Program-made: the position numbers and the translations under genes
Notes under the pieces: model-generated
Told to the model about the DNA's origin: nothing
What the model saw: the letters and a program-made list of their open reading frames with translations, nothing else
Database searches by the model: none
Assembly: GCF_009914755.1 (NCBI RefSeq)
Contig: NC_060929.1
From: the human T2T-CHM13v2.0 reference genome, Homo sapiens
Strand: one strand, 5' to 3'
Length of the DNA: 64,000 nucleotides
Shown here: positions 1 to 12,430 of the stretch, piece by piece
How the letters are laid out: every line of letters begins with the position of its first letter
Position numbering within the stretch: the first letter of the stretch is position 1

Positions 1-3000
1 GTACTTATTTTTTCTTTTCTGATGGTAAGTATTGTCCTTTCATTTCCATGTTTAGAAATCCACTGAGAATTTCTTGTAGGAGCAGTGTAGTGGGAAAACA
101 TTCTCTTTTGTCTTGGAAAGACCTTATTTTTCCTTTATTTATGAAGCTTAATTTGGCAGGATATAAAATTCTTGGCTGGCACCTGTTTTCTTTAAGAAGG
201 GTAAAAATAGGCCCCTTCTTTGGGGTTGTATTGCTTCTGTTGAGAAGTCTATTGTTAATCTGATTGGTTCTCTGATTTGACCCTTTGCTCTAGCTGCCTT
301 TAATATTTTGTTTTTAAAGCATTGACTTTGGATAGTCTGAAGGCTATACGCCTTAATGATGTTTGTCTTGCATACTGTCTCACAGATGTTCTCTCCATTT
401 CTTGTGTCTGGATGTCTACATCTCTAGCAAGATTAGGGAAATTTTCTTGAATTATTATCTCAAATATGTTTTTCATGTTGCTTATTTCTTCTTCTTCCTC
501 TCTCAGGACTTTCAATAATTCATAGATGTAGTTGTAGTCACTTTACGTAATACTTTGTTTCTCTAAGGCTTTGTTCATGTTAAAATTCTTCTTTCCTTAT
601 TTCTGTCTGATTGGGTTAGTTCAAAAGACATGTCTTTAAGCTCTGAAACTTTCTTCTTGGTCTAGTCTACTGTTAAAGCCTTCAATTGCATTTTTAAATT
701 CTTAAGTAAATTTATTTTATTTCCAGAATTTCTGTCTGATTATTTGAAATTTATCTTTTTCATTTCCTGAATCGCTTCAGTATTTTTTCATTGTTAATTT
801 TCAATCTTTTCTTGGCTCTTGTTGAGTTTCCTTGCAATCCATACTTTGACTTCTTTATCTTTTATTTCTGAGTTTCCATTTTGGTAAGAGTCCATTGCTA
901 GAAAGCTAGTGTGATCCCTTGGTGGTGCCACAACATTCAGATTTTTCATGGTGCTGGAATTCTTGCACTGATTTTTTCTCAGAGGCTGTAACTTCTACTT
1001 TTTGAAATTATTTTCATTTGAATATGATTTTGTTTTCTTTTGCTATTTTTTTCTTTCCCTTTTCTCACCCTCTACAGGGAATGGAATTGTAGAATATGTT
1101 GGATAGAGTCTTTTTGGCTTAGCTTCTATAGCTGTGTACACTTCTGTCAGCACATTTTATATTGAGCTGTGTGGTTTAACCTGCAAGCCAGTAGGTGGTG
1201 CTGATGGGGAAGAGCCAGTTGCAGCAAAAGCAGATGAGTATATACTTAATCTTTGTTTACTATGAGGTACTCTCTCTTGTTTCAGGTGATGGTCTGGACA
1301 GTAGAGTGCCCTGTGTGCAGAGCTTCCTGTTCAGCTTGGGTGGGTGAACCCAATTTGGTAGAACTGGACACCCTGGGTTGCCCATGAATGACTCAGTGAT
1401 GAGCACAGGCAAAAGTCCCGATACGGGTGGTTGTGGGGAGCTCCTGGTGAAATGTGAAATGCACTGTGGTCTCTGTTGGGGGGGTGAGGGGTCTACATCA
1501 GCTCCACATCCTAGAGGCAGGAACATGATCTATTTCCCTTTTCTATCCATGTGTTGAGGCTCAGGACATTCGGTTCAGATCCACACTATGCTCTATCTCC
1601 AGGTCACGGTGTGACTGAGATCCATGGAAAATGCCTGTCTTGCAACTCTCCATGATTGTAGTTTGTGAGGCAGAACATAGTCACTCAGCGCAGTACAGAC
1701 AGCTTTATGTTTTGTCTGTTCTCTAAGGCAGTAAACACTGCGGCTCCGTGTGGGGGGCGGAGGTGAGCACTGCCTTTCGGTCAATGTAGGGGTGGCAGCT
1801 GCATTGGGTTCCTGTCACTGAAGCCAGCAAACCTCTTTTGGTAAGGAGAAGCCAAGGCAGGGTGTCGTGGGTCACCTAGTCTGCCCCCTACTCCTCTACA
1901 CCTCAGCTGTGGTATCTGTGCTGGAGGCACGTGATATTGCCCAGCCTCCCCCAACCCTCCCTGGTCCAGGAACTACAGGGGCAGAAGCAGCATGTAGAGT
2001 CCTGTGGTACATATTCTGGCTGTTTCCCGTACCATGGCTGCAGAAACTACACCAGGAGCACACGGAAGTGCCTGGCTTCCTTTCTTGGCAGGGTGGTGGT
2101 GAGAGGTGAAACCAGCTGAGCTTCTGGGCCGGATGGGGACTTAGAGAACTTTAGTATCTAGCTAAAGGATTGTAAATGCACCAATCAGCACTCTGTGTCT
2201 AGCTGAAGTATTGTAATCACACCAATCAGCACTCTGTAAAATGGACCAATCAGCGCTGTGTGAAATGGACCAATCAGCAGGATGTGGGCGGGACCAAATA
2301 AGGGAGTAAAAGCTGGCCACCCTAGCTTGCAGCTAGGGGTCGCCTTCCACTCTCTGGCAGCTTTGTTCTTTGGCTCTTCACAATAAATCTTGCTGCTGCT
2401 CACTCTGGGTCTGCAATGCCTTTATGAGCTGTAACACTCACTTCCAGGTTCTGAGGCTTCATTCCTGAAGCCGGCAAGATCACAAACCCACGGGGAGGAA
2501 CAAACAACTCTGGACTTGCCACCTTTAAGAGCTGTAACACTCACTGCAAAGGTCTGCGGCTTCACTCCTGAAGTCAGCGAGACCACGAACCCACCAGAAG
2601 GAAGAAATTCCGGACACATCTGAGCATCTGAAGGAACAAACTCCAGCCACACCATTTTTAAGAACTGTAACACTCACCGTGAGGGTCCATGGCTTCATTC
2701 CTGAAGTCCGCGAGACCAAGAACCCACTGGAAGGAATAAATTCCAGACACAGTGGCAGCTGGCACTGTGCTGCTCACAGATCAAAGACCTACAGGATTAC
2801 AAGTAAGCTTGGGTGGTGCCTTTGCATTCTCCAGGTGGTCTTCTGTGTCAATGTGGAGGTTCCATGAATAGGAATGTAAAGGTCCATGGCAGAGGTGTGG
2901 ATCCCTGGGCATCTAACTATCACTCATCTTTTCTATGCATTAGCCTCCTCTGGCTTTGCGCTGGTCCTCAGTCAGCCACTACTCAGCTTCTTGGCTTCAT

Positions 3001-3150
3001 TCTTCTCTGCTTTCTGTGGGTCCTGTCACTTCTCTTATGAATCTCAGAATGATCTCCTTAATGATCCATGTGAAGAGTATTTACGTGATTTTATTTCCTC
3101 TCTGTGGGAGAGGTATGCACTAGCTGCTGCTAGTCAGCCATCTTGAAACC
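1..3150 (-). mobile_element. Old L1 5' portion (5'UTR + ORF1), L1PA13-17/L1PREC2-like, interrupted by LTR12
   Basis: ORF 300..515(-) reads NIFEIIIQENFPNLARDVDIQ..., an L1 ORF1p motif. The reverse complement of 3115-3150 is ...caagatggctgactagcagcagctag, a typical L1 5' start. Confidence 0.8.
2100..2751 (+). mobile_element. LTR12-family (ERV9) solo LTR
   Basis: Termini TGAGAGGTGAA...GACACA, repeated ACCAATCAGC boxes (2180-2280), AATAAA near 2382, repeated gctgtaacactcac units. 4-bp TSD GTGG at 2096-2099 and 2752-2755. Confidence 0.92.
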
Positions 3151-3163
3151 AGAACCCTTATCC

Positions 3164-3526
<363 letters not shown>

Positions 3527-3685
3527 TAGAATTATTTCTGTGTCCTGCCAAAGATGTATTTGCTTACTCGTATGTCACAAAGATATTCTCCTATGATTTC
3601 ATTGACAGCATTATAATTTTACCTCAAAAGTTATGGACTATAATAATCCTTCTCCAACGTGTATTTTATGTTTGCTGTGAGGTAA

Positions 3686-4296
3686 TGAAGCAGCTACGTT
3701 GTCTGGGGTATATACCCTGGGGTTCACCATTGTGTGCCAGGAAAAATTAGGACAGGGCATACACAAAAAGTTTAGGTGCCAAGGTTTAATAGGCAGAAGA
3801 GAAGAGAAAGAGAAACAGCTCTCTCCACAGAGAAAGGGATCTCCAAGCCGCAAGGACTGGCTGGCAGGAAAAGCACCTGATTTTATAGTCCAGTTTGAAG
3901 AGGTGGTGTCTGATTTACATAGGGCTCACAAATTGGTTCAATCAGGTATGACATTTACATAGTGCCCAAGAAAGGCTGGTGGCCCCCCGCTAGTCTTATT
4001 ATGCAAATAGACTTTCCAGTTGATCAGGGCCATCTTGTCTGTTCCTTACAGGACACGTGGCTGAGAAAGAGAAGGGAAGGTGGAGCCGCCATGTTGAACA
4101 TGTCTAGTCCCTAGTTCCTGCTGGTATTCACCAGTGCAAGCTCCCAGCTTGCTTGCCTATGTCTGCAGCTTGACTTTACAGGCTGCTCTTCGGTAGAAAA
4201 TGATTTGGGGCTGCTTTTCCTTAAAAAGAAATGCCTTACGAGGACTCCCATACCCTTACTATCTGCCTAAGTGATTTCTTCTTAACTCCTGTATCG
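3686..4296 (-). mobile_element. LTR9/MER61-group (HUERS-P3-type ERV1) solo LTR
   Basis: Reverse complement begins (c)gatacaggagttaagaagaaatcacttaggcagatagtaagggtatgggagtcc. Length 611 bp. TSD GTAA at 3682-3685 and 4297-4300. Confidence 0.85.
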
Positions 4297-4997
4297 GTAA
4301 GAGTCAAGAATTTTTACCATCCCTCCTTCAAAATATTGAGTTAGTTTTATAGTTAATATACAGTTAACTGTTTAAATATCATTTGTTTTAAAAATTTTAC
4401 TGACCCTCTTGGATTACGGTATAGTATAGCTACATTTCTGGACTCTGTACTGTTGATCTGTTTGCCCTATTTATGTCAATACTTCATTGTCTTGATCACT
4501 GGATCTATATTTATATATTTATCCCTAAATTTAGGCATGGTAAATCCTCCAACTTGGACCTTTATTTATTTATTTATTTATTTGCAAAATTAGGCTACTG
4601 AAAATCCTTTCCATCCCCCTTGACATGTTTAATGTAAATTTTAGAATTAGCTTGTCGGTTTTATAAAGCAGTTACTTGGGATATTGATTAGGGATGTATC
4701 ATATCTTAGGTCAATTTTTGAAATAATCTGCATTTTTAATCATACTGAATATTCTAATACATAAAAAGCATATCTTCCCATTTCTTTTTTGTTTTCTTTA
4801 ATTTGTCTTAGCAACGTTTTAGTGCACAGATCTTGTATTTTTTGATAAATTTCTTTTTACATGTTATTTGACATTATTAAAAATAAAGCTTTCAAAATTT
4901 CATCTCTCAATTGTTTTCTGCAATATCTAGAAAGGCAAAACACTCTTGTATATTGATGTTGTACCAAAAAACCTTGCTACTTACTTATTGTTACTTA

Positions 4998-5053
4998 TTA
5001 TGTCAGTGCAAAAGTAATTGCAGTTTTTGTCATTTACTGTTGCACCAACCTAA
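4998..5053. mobile_element. MADE1 MITE (Hsmar1-derived), internally deleted
   Basis: gtgcaaaagtaattgcagtttttgtcatt...ttgcaccaacctaa with TA flanks at 4996-4997 and 5054-5055. Confidence 0.85.
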
Positions 5054-6369
5054 TAGTTGCTTTGGAAATTAGTAAGAATTTTCTGCAAAGATAATCATGT
5101 CACTTACAAATAAACAGAATTGTTCTTTCTTTCTGATCTTAATGCCTTATATTTAGTTAATTCTTATTGTCTTCTTTCACCACCTAGAACAACCTACAGT
5201 ATAATTCACATGCAGGGGGAACTTTAGGGGGAAAAGTTCAATATTTCATCATATAAATCATCTTAGTTGTATTTTTAGGTGCCTTTTTGTAGGTTGTAGG
5301 TTGAATAAAAGTTGCTCTTTTTTATTACCCATGTGGGTTGAATGTTTTTTTCTGAGACTATTGAAATAAAGACATTTTCTCCTGTATTCTGTTAATATGT
5401 TATTTATGTTGGTTATTTTTCAAATGTTAAGCCAACTTTTTATTACAGGGGTAACCTCAACTTAATAATATATTGTCTTTCTATACGTTGTCAGATTCAA
5501 TTTGTATTCAAGGTTTTTTTCAATTTATATAACCTTCTCTTAGAATGACTTTGTCAAATTTCGGTGTTACAGTTATGATTGCCTCATAAAATAAATTGTA
5601 AAGGCTTTTCTCCTCTTATATCTTTAAAAGCGTTTTTGTGAAGTTGCATGATTTATTCATTATGTGTTTGATAGAATTCAACAATGTAACTATTTCAGTT
5701 TTTGTAATAAGATTCTGAAAATTAACTAAATTTCTACAGCATTTAAGACGAAATTAAAACTTTCTATGTCTTTTATCAATTTTGGCAAGTTGTGTTTTCT
5801 AAAGGATTTTCCATTTCATCTATGTTGTCAAGTTTATTAGCATAAAGTTGATTATAATAGACTCTTAATTTTTTAAGTACAAATGATCTATAAAACATCC
5901 CTATTCTATTTCAAATATTAATAATTCGTGTTTTCTCTACTTTTTCTTGATCACTTTTTACTAAAGTCACATTAATTTTATTAATCTTGTTTATCTCATT
6001 CTGGTAAAAGAGTACCATATAATTTCAGATGATATTTTAAAGTAATACATTAAGTAATTAAAATAATACATTTAAAAGATCAACTGATGTAATTACTGTA
6101 CAAATGTATGAAAGGTTAAATCAGATTCCTTGTGTGTCATTGCAAATAAACATGTTAATTCTAATAATGTACATAGTTCTGAAAATGTGCAAAGTAATGA
6201 ATAATCATTGACCCATTCATAGAATTTATCAGCTTAAACAGTATCTTCCTTAAAGTGTTAATATTTATTGATAATTAACATGGCAATATATTTCTGTTTT
6301 AATGTAGCAACCAAAATTTAAGCTTATATTTTCATATAGATATATTTCTGCCTAAAGTGTAATTTGTCA

Positions 6370-6643
6370 TTTTTGCTCTGTCACCCAGGCTGGAATGCAG
6401 TAATGCAATCTGGCTCATAGCAACCTCTGCTCCCAGGCTCAAATGGCCCTCCCACCTCAGCTTCCCAAGTAGCTGGGACCACAGGCACACGCCACCACGC
6501 CTGGCTATTTTTTTTTTAATTTTTAATAGAGATGGGGTCTCGTTATGTTGCCAAGGCTGGTCTCAAATTCCTCAGCTCAGACAATCTGCTCACTTCGGCC
6601 TCTCAATGTGCTTGGATTACAGGTGTGAGCCACCGTGCCTGGC
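6370..6643 (-). mobile_element. AluJ
   Basis: Diverged dimeric Alu with J-type ggtctcgttatgttgcc. Confidence 0.9.
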
Positions 6644-8411
6644 ACATAAATTATTCCTTAAACTCACATACAGTGTTTGTAGTCATTGATAAAGTAATTA
6701 TTCTTTCCTACTAAGGATTTTTATTCATAATATCTCCTTTTTAACTTAGTAAAAAGTTAAATCCCATTTATGGCTCAGACTGTATTAAGCCATTTTTATA
6801 ATTAATAATTATTAAAAATAAGTTATTTTAAAATGTCATTTTCCAACTTCTTGTATTAATATTGAAATTTTTATTGTTATTTTATGTGGAACAGCTAACA
6901 CAAAAAGAAATTTTATAAAAACACAAACAATCATCCGTAATTTCAGACATAAGGTAAAAACACATTTTGCTCAGTGTTTCTCCAAGACAAATTGCTGATA
7001 CACTTAAAACTACATATCTGAAAATTACTTTCAGAGACTGCATAGGAAAAATGCTACAATATTAATGATTAATTGCATAGATGTATATGTGCTGTTCCAT
7101 TTAATTATAAACTAAGAAAGAAATGAGAATGAGGAGGTTATAAGTCCAAAACAAGAAAGCTCTATGGGCTCGATGCCATTACTCTAGAAAATAAATCCTG
7201 CCATCCGGCACACAGAAGGAACACAAGTTAGAAAATGTTTCTTGTGGGAGAAAAGCTCATTAAAGTAGATTTGGATTACTTCAACAGAAGGTCCATGGAA
7301 GTGTTAACTGCCATTATCATGAAGAATATTTCCCTGTTTCTTATTCCATTATGCGTGCATCAAATTCTGACTTTTGTTTATGATCAATAACCAATTTATT
7401 CTGAGAACACTAAAAGGTTACAACCTAGTTTCCTCAGAGTAATGAAGATTTACTGGAATGTGAGTCATCCTTATTTAAATCAGCCTATTGAGTCATCAAT
7501 TTTCAGGGTCCCATATGTGCTTTTTGTATTTATTACTGTCCTTTGGCTAATGGGTTCATATCATAGTTTAAGCCAAATGTCAATTTTAGTTTATAAGCCC
7601 CAGTTACTTCCACTGAATGTGCTCTTCAAAAGAGCCAGTATTATGGTAGTGTTTGTAGTCAACTGAAGGAGAGAGTCATCAGAGGGATACATGAGATGAA
7701 ATGGACAATTCTGCACTCAGTTGATTTTCAAGATTAGCAATAATAAGTTTACCAAATTTTTGAAATTTTAAATATTCTTTCACATTTTTGAAAAATAGAT
7801 GTTATGTAAAATATTTAATAAAACATATAGAAATAATAATCCTTACCATTTCTTAATCACTGACAGTTTAGCATTCTAGTCATTTACTGTGTCAGTTTGT
7901 AAACATCTCATGTATAAATTTCACCAAATATGTGTACCCTAATATTCCTTTACATAACTTTTTACCTTAGTGTAGACTAAGTTATTGTTTCCGAAAACAC
8001 TATATGTATCACCACACTTTCTTTGGAATTTACATCTTTTCTACCCATGTGTTTACCTGTGACTAAATTGTGATTTGGGCATTCAGGGCTTTCAATATCT
8101 GGAATTTTCAAAGCTTTATCAACTGGTTAGTTACTACAGTTATTCCTTACAAAGATTGTTCTTTTAGTTCAGAAGTTTAGCCTCAAAATCTTCATAATTA
8201 CTCTCAAAGAAAGCTGGCTTTTTCTTTTCTAAGTGCGACTACTATTATTATTATTATTATTTAACACTGGCAATCAATACCCAGGCTAACCTGTGTAAAA
8301 TTTTCTTCCTTAGTGAATACTTGAAATGTTCTATTTTTCCATAGCCATGTTTTCCACAGTTGCAAGCTCAATACTTTTATGCCTATAATTTGATACAAAT
8401 TATTGAGTTCC

Positions 8412-8509
8412 AGGCCAGGGAGGCAGAGCTTGCAGTGAGCCGAGATCATGCCACTGCACTCCAGCCTGGGCGACAGAGTGAGACTCTGTCTTAAAAAAAA
8501 AAAAAAAAA
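8412..8509 (+). mobile_element. Short AluY remnant (3' end only or internally deleted)
   Basis: gaggcagagcttgcagtgagccgagatc... followed by an A-tail. Perfect 15-bp TSD AAATTATTGAGTTCC at 8397-8411 and 8510-8524. Confidence 0.92.
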
Positions 8510-8921
8510 AAATTATTGAGTTCCTTTTCAGTGTAAGGCATTGCACTCCGCATAAGATATGTAGGTAAAAAGGACATATATATTCCCCATCCTTGTGCAA
8601 CTATAGTAAAAATGCTAAAGAGTTCATTATACATCTAATTCGTTACATTTGTGAAAAGTGCTATGAAGTGCAAGTACAATGTTCTATGAATGCAAAATAA
8701 GGTTTACCACCTAAGCATAACTAATTCATCACTACCGCAATATTAATATTGTCAATATACCAGCATTAATAAAAAACCATATGATTAGAGATATTGGCTT
8801 GTCATTTTATATTAAATATGGCACATGCATAATATAGATTATTTCAAAATTTAGCAAATAGGCCTTAGACGTATCCCAATAGTTGTCTCTGTGCTAGCCA
8901 CTGGAGATCAAAAGAAAATGA

Positions 8922-9238
8922 GACTGGGTGTGGTAGCTCATGCTTGTAATTTCAGCACTTTGGAGGCCAAGGCAGGAGGACTGCTTGAGGCCAGGAGTTT
9001 GGGACCAGCCTGTGCAACATAGAGAGACCCTGTCTCCACAAAAATAAAAATAAAATTAGCCAAGCTTGGTGGTGTGTTTCTGTAGTTCCAGCTACTTGGG
9101 AGACTGAGGTGGATGGACTGCCTGAGCCCAAGGGTTTAGGGTTACAATGAACTATGATCATACCACTGAACTCCAGCCTGGGTGATTGAGCAAAAACCAT
9201 AGTCTGTCTCTAAGAGAAAAAAAAAAAAAAGAGAAAAA
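8922..9238 (+). mobile_element. AluJ
   Basis: Dimeric Alu with A-tail. aaaagaaaatgaga is duplicated at both ends. Confidence 0.92.
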
Positions 9239-9345
9239 AGAAAATGAGACTGTGCCTGCTTTTTAGAATCTCATTTAAAGAGAAGTTACACATATATACT
9301 GTTTACACCAACACAATGTGGTAAGACCTTTTATAGAATAAAATA

Positions 9346-9712
9346 TGCTACAGATGAAATTATGTTTCCTCAAAATTCATATGTGGAAGTGAAACCCGAT
9401 ATAATGGTACTTGGAGATGCAAACTTTGAGAGGTAATCAGAGTTAGCTGAGGTTGTGAGGATGGCACCCTCAGGATAGGATTAGTGCCTTTATAATAAGA
9501 GACACCAGAGAGCTTCCTCTTACTCTCTGCCATGTGAGGACATAGCAAGGAGGCAGTTGTCTTCAAGCCAGGAAGAAAGTCCTTACCAGAACCTAATCAT
9601 GCTGGCATGCCAATTTTAAACTATCAGCCCCCAGAACTATAAAAAAATAAATTTTTATTGTTGAAGCTACCCAATCTAGGGCATTTTGTTATAGCAACCC
9701 AAGCTGACTAAT
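9346..9712 (+). mobile_element. MLT1A-type MaLR solo LTR
   Basis: caaaattcatatgtggaa, ggattagtgcctttataa, ccatgtgaggacatagc, and end ...gctgactaata. Confidence 0.85.
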
Positions 9713-9719
9713 AGGATGT

Positions 9720-10080
9720 AGAAACTATATTAGTAGCACAGAGGGAAGAATAATTAATGCTACCTAGAGCAATTAAAGAAGACTCCAAAAAAGAAGATAT
9801 ATTAAAGCTCACCCTTGAAGGATGCATGTGATTTCACTATGTAGAGAAGAGGGTGAAACGGCATTGTAAGCAGAAAAAGCAAGACCAGGGACAGAAAAAT
9901 AAGGGATTCAAAGATGAATCCCAGAGTTTTACCTCATTAAATGAGGTGAATAGTAATGCCACAAACTGAAATAGAAAATAGAAAACATAAAAAGGTAGAT
10001 TTTACTAAGTTATAACGTGAAACTAAACTTGACCAAGATGATTAATTAGCATTAAACAATTGCTGAATGTAAGTGTAGAA
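9720..10080 (-). mobile_element. L2 fragment
   Basis: Degraded L2 motifs (agcacagaggg...ccttgaaggatg; caaagatgaatcccagagttt). Confidence 0.5.
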
Positions 10081-10128
10081 ATAGTAAGAGAAAAAACTAG
10101 AAAACTTGCTTTCAACATTTCATATATC

Positions 10129-11560
10129 TGCAGTAGATATTATGATTTCCTCTCAGATCACCTCTTCAGGGCCAATGCATCTATCTGCCAACTGCTGACA
10201 GAATAACACAAAGCCAATGGATTTTCCTTCATCAAAAAGCTGCATTGTTTAAAATTATATTCCTTCTTGTGGTAAAGTGAGAAGATGAAGGAGGATGCCT
10301 GTGGACAACTGGGTGATGCAGTTTGAAGATCTGGTATCTGGGTGATAGATAACTGGGTGATGCAGGGTTTGAAGATCTGTCATCACTATCTTATTTTGGG
10401 AAAACTCTAAAGGGTACCCCAAGTTCCAGAACTTTCTGTAAGTTGGCTGATCACTCAACTGCAACTGCACTGTGGATTAGCTTCTTCTACTGCCAAATCC
10501 TGCCTTTCTCACATTCTTACAGGCAAATTTAAAAACACTGTTCAATTAACCTTCTCATTTCAAATCCCCATTTCCAGAGAACTCAGCCTAAGATGGTACC
10601 AGCATAAATTTCAAAACATCCATATGGACACCTGTTAGGTTGGCTAAGGAGGAAAACTGTTAAAATATACAGAAGTTACTGTAGAATCTGACCAATATGT
10701 ATCAATTTTCCATCATTAGATGAGCCTGTGTGCATGAGATTGCTGCTGAGAATCCTGAATCATAGGGAACAGAACAGAACAGGAAGTTAGGGAGGTGAGA
10801 GTTTATCAAAATGTGAGTATCATCCTAGGAAACCTAATTTAATGCATCTACCCTGTGAGATCATACTAATCTTCTAGGATAGTTTTTGGAACATGAAAAA
10901 ATTGCTGACCCCAAATAAATTAAGTAGAAATGCTAGAGTTGCCAGGCAGATAGTGGGGAAAAAAAAGCATCAGAGAGGTGGGCATGCTAAATTGAATATA
11001 CACAGTAAGTCTTGATAAACTGCTGACAGTGTTGCATAGAAGGTCTAGAGAACACAAGAGATGCTGTTACAGAACTGAGTGATAGTTATTAGAATGATTG
11101 GACCTCAAAATAACAAAGACAAGATGGTGTTGCTTAGCTATCAGAAGCAAGGTAAGTACAGTGACTGGCAACATCTGAGTGGCAGGCAGAGGAGTCTTTA
11201 CTCACAGTGAGATATGAAAACAGCAGTTTATGTCAGTCCTTGAGGAAAAATTAACAGGCAGTCAACTAGGGTTTTATTTAATTTATAAAATCAAAGCAAA
11301 TCAAAGACGGATGATCAGGAAACAGGAAAACTGTCCACTGAAAAATCACCATCCTTTCCCCAGGTTCCAGATCTGTCCATTGCTCAGACCATAACCTCAT
11401 TGACTAAAATAGAGTCTAGGCCTATGATAAAGGGTAATTTTCCACTATGACAAATAACTAGTAGTAACTCTCCATGCTTCACCAGAACGACCCACAAATG
11501 TTCATTATGGTAACCTGAGCACTGGGAAAGGAAAATATCCAGTCTTTCAAAGATCGATAT
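10129..11560 (+). mobile_element. LTR16 (10129-10593) plus ERVL/ERV3-16A3 internal gag remnant
   Basis: LTR16-like end (aaatcctgcctttctcac...actcagcctaaga) followed by tggtaccag. Region 10920-11010 is a degraded match to ERVL gag EVEMPELPW...REVGMLEWI (gtagaaatgctagagttgcc, agagaggtgggcatgcta). Confidence 0.7.
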
Positions 11561-11645
11561 AAACATGAATGTAGTAAGCAGAAAAATAAAATATATTAAA
11601 AAGGAACCAGATAGAACCTCTAGGACCCTCTAGAAAATACATTTT

Positions 11646-12430
11646 TTTTACCAAGTTCATAATTTTATTATACTCTGAATAGAGATGATATTTAAAGAGC
11701 AGAGAAAATGACTATACAAAGGATTTATAGAACATTCATTTACATACTGGATATATTCTTTACAGTATCAGAAATGTAAAAATATGCACTAACAAGGCAG
11801 AGAAGAACTTATAAGCTATTTGATGCTGAGAAAAAAATACACAGTGACTTTTAACATGGCTATAGCTTAACACTGGAGGAATACAATACGTTCTTTTACT
11901 GAGTAGTTAGTAGGACCCTGGCTAAAACATGCGTTGGGCACAGTTTGTGAACTCCCCGCATTTACTCCCCAGGGCAGTATGCGCCTATCCAGCGGGAGCC
12001 CTGGAGACAAAATGCCTGAGCAAACTAGGGTCTCAGTATTGAGAAACGCACCCTGCCAGGGAATCACAGAGACATCGGGGTGCCCGCGATGGCCCTCATG
12101 AAGCCATGCCTCGACGGCTTTCAGGAAGCTTTGCAAACGTGCTTTTTGAACTCATTGGCCAGGTGTGATTTTTGCACAAGGTAAATGTGGTCAAGGGCAT
12201 CGGGGAATTTGCTCCAAGCAGATAGCTCCCTCTGAGGAACCAAAGGAAGCAAGTTTCCACGACTTCTGAAGAGATGGTATAGGAAGTTTCTTTCTTTTGT
12301 GTTACATGTGCATTAAACAGAACAAGCTGTGTGTCATCACAGATTGTACTGTGGGCTCAGAAACCGTGAGAGAGCCCCTACCGTGGACACCGGCTCTAGG
12401 GCCACAGGAAAAGGAAAGTTTCCAGACATT
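11646..12430 (-). pseudogene. 5'-truncated processed retrocopy (3'UTR only) of an unidentified mRNA
   Basis: 15-bp TSD TAGAAAATACATTTT at 11631-11645 and 12431-12445. Poly-T at 11642-11649. TTTATT (AATAAA on minus) at 11664-11669, 14 nt from the tail. Non-repeat, GC/CpG-richer body inside AT-rich L1M. Confidence 0.85.

Noticed and set aside
2430-2751. CRISPR-like repeated gctgtaacactcac units
   Set aside because: These are the normal internal repeats of LTR12. Inter-repeat sequences are homologous, the context is eukaryotic, and there are no cas genes.
6790-6835. AT-only quasi-palindromes
   Set aside because: Expected from base composition.
11867-12136. 89-aa ORF in the retrocopy as a coding remnant
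   Set aside because: Non-ATG start, no recognisable domain, and it lies in sequence that behaves as 3'UTR.
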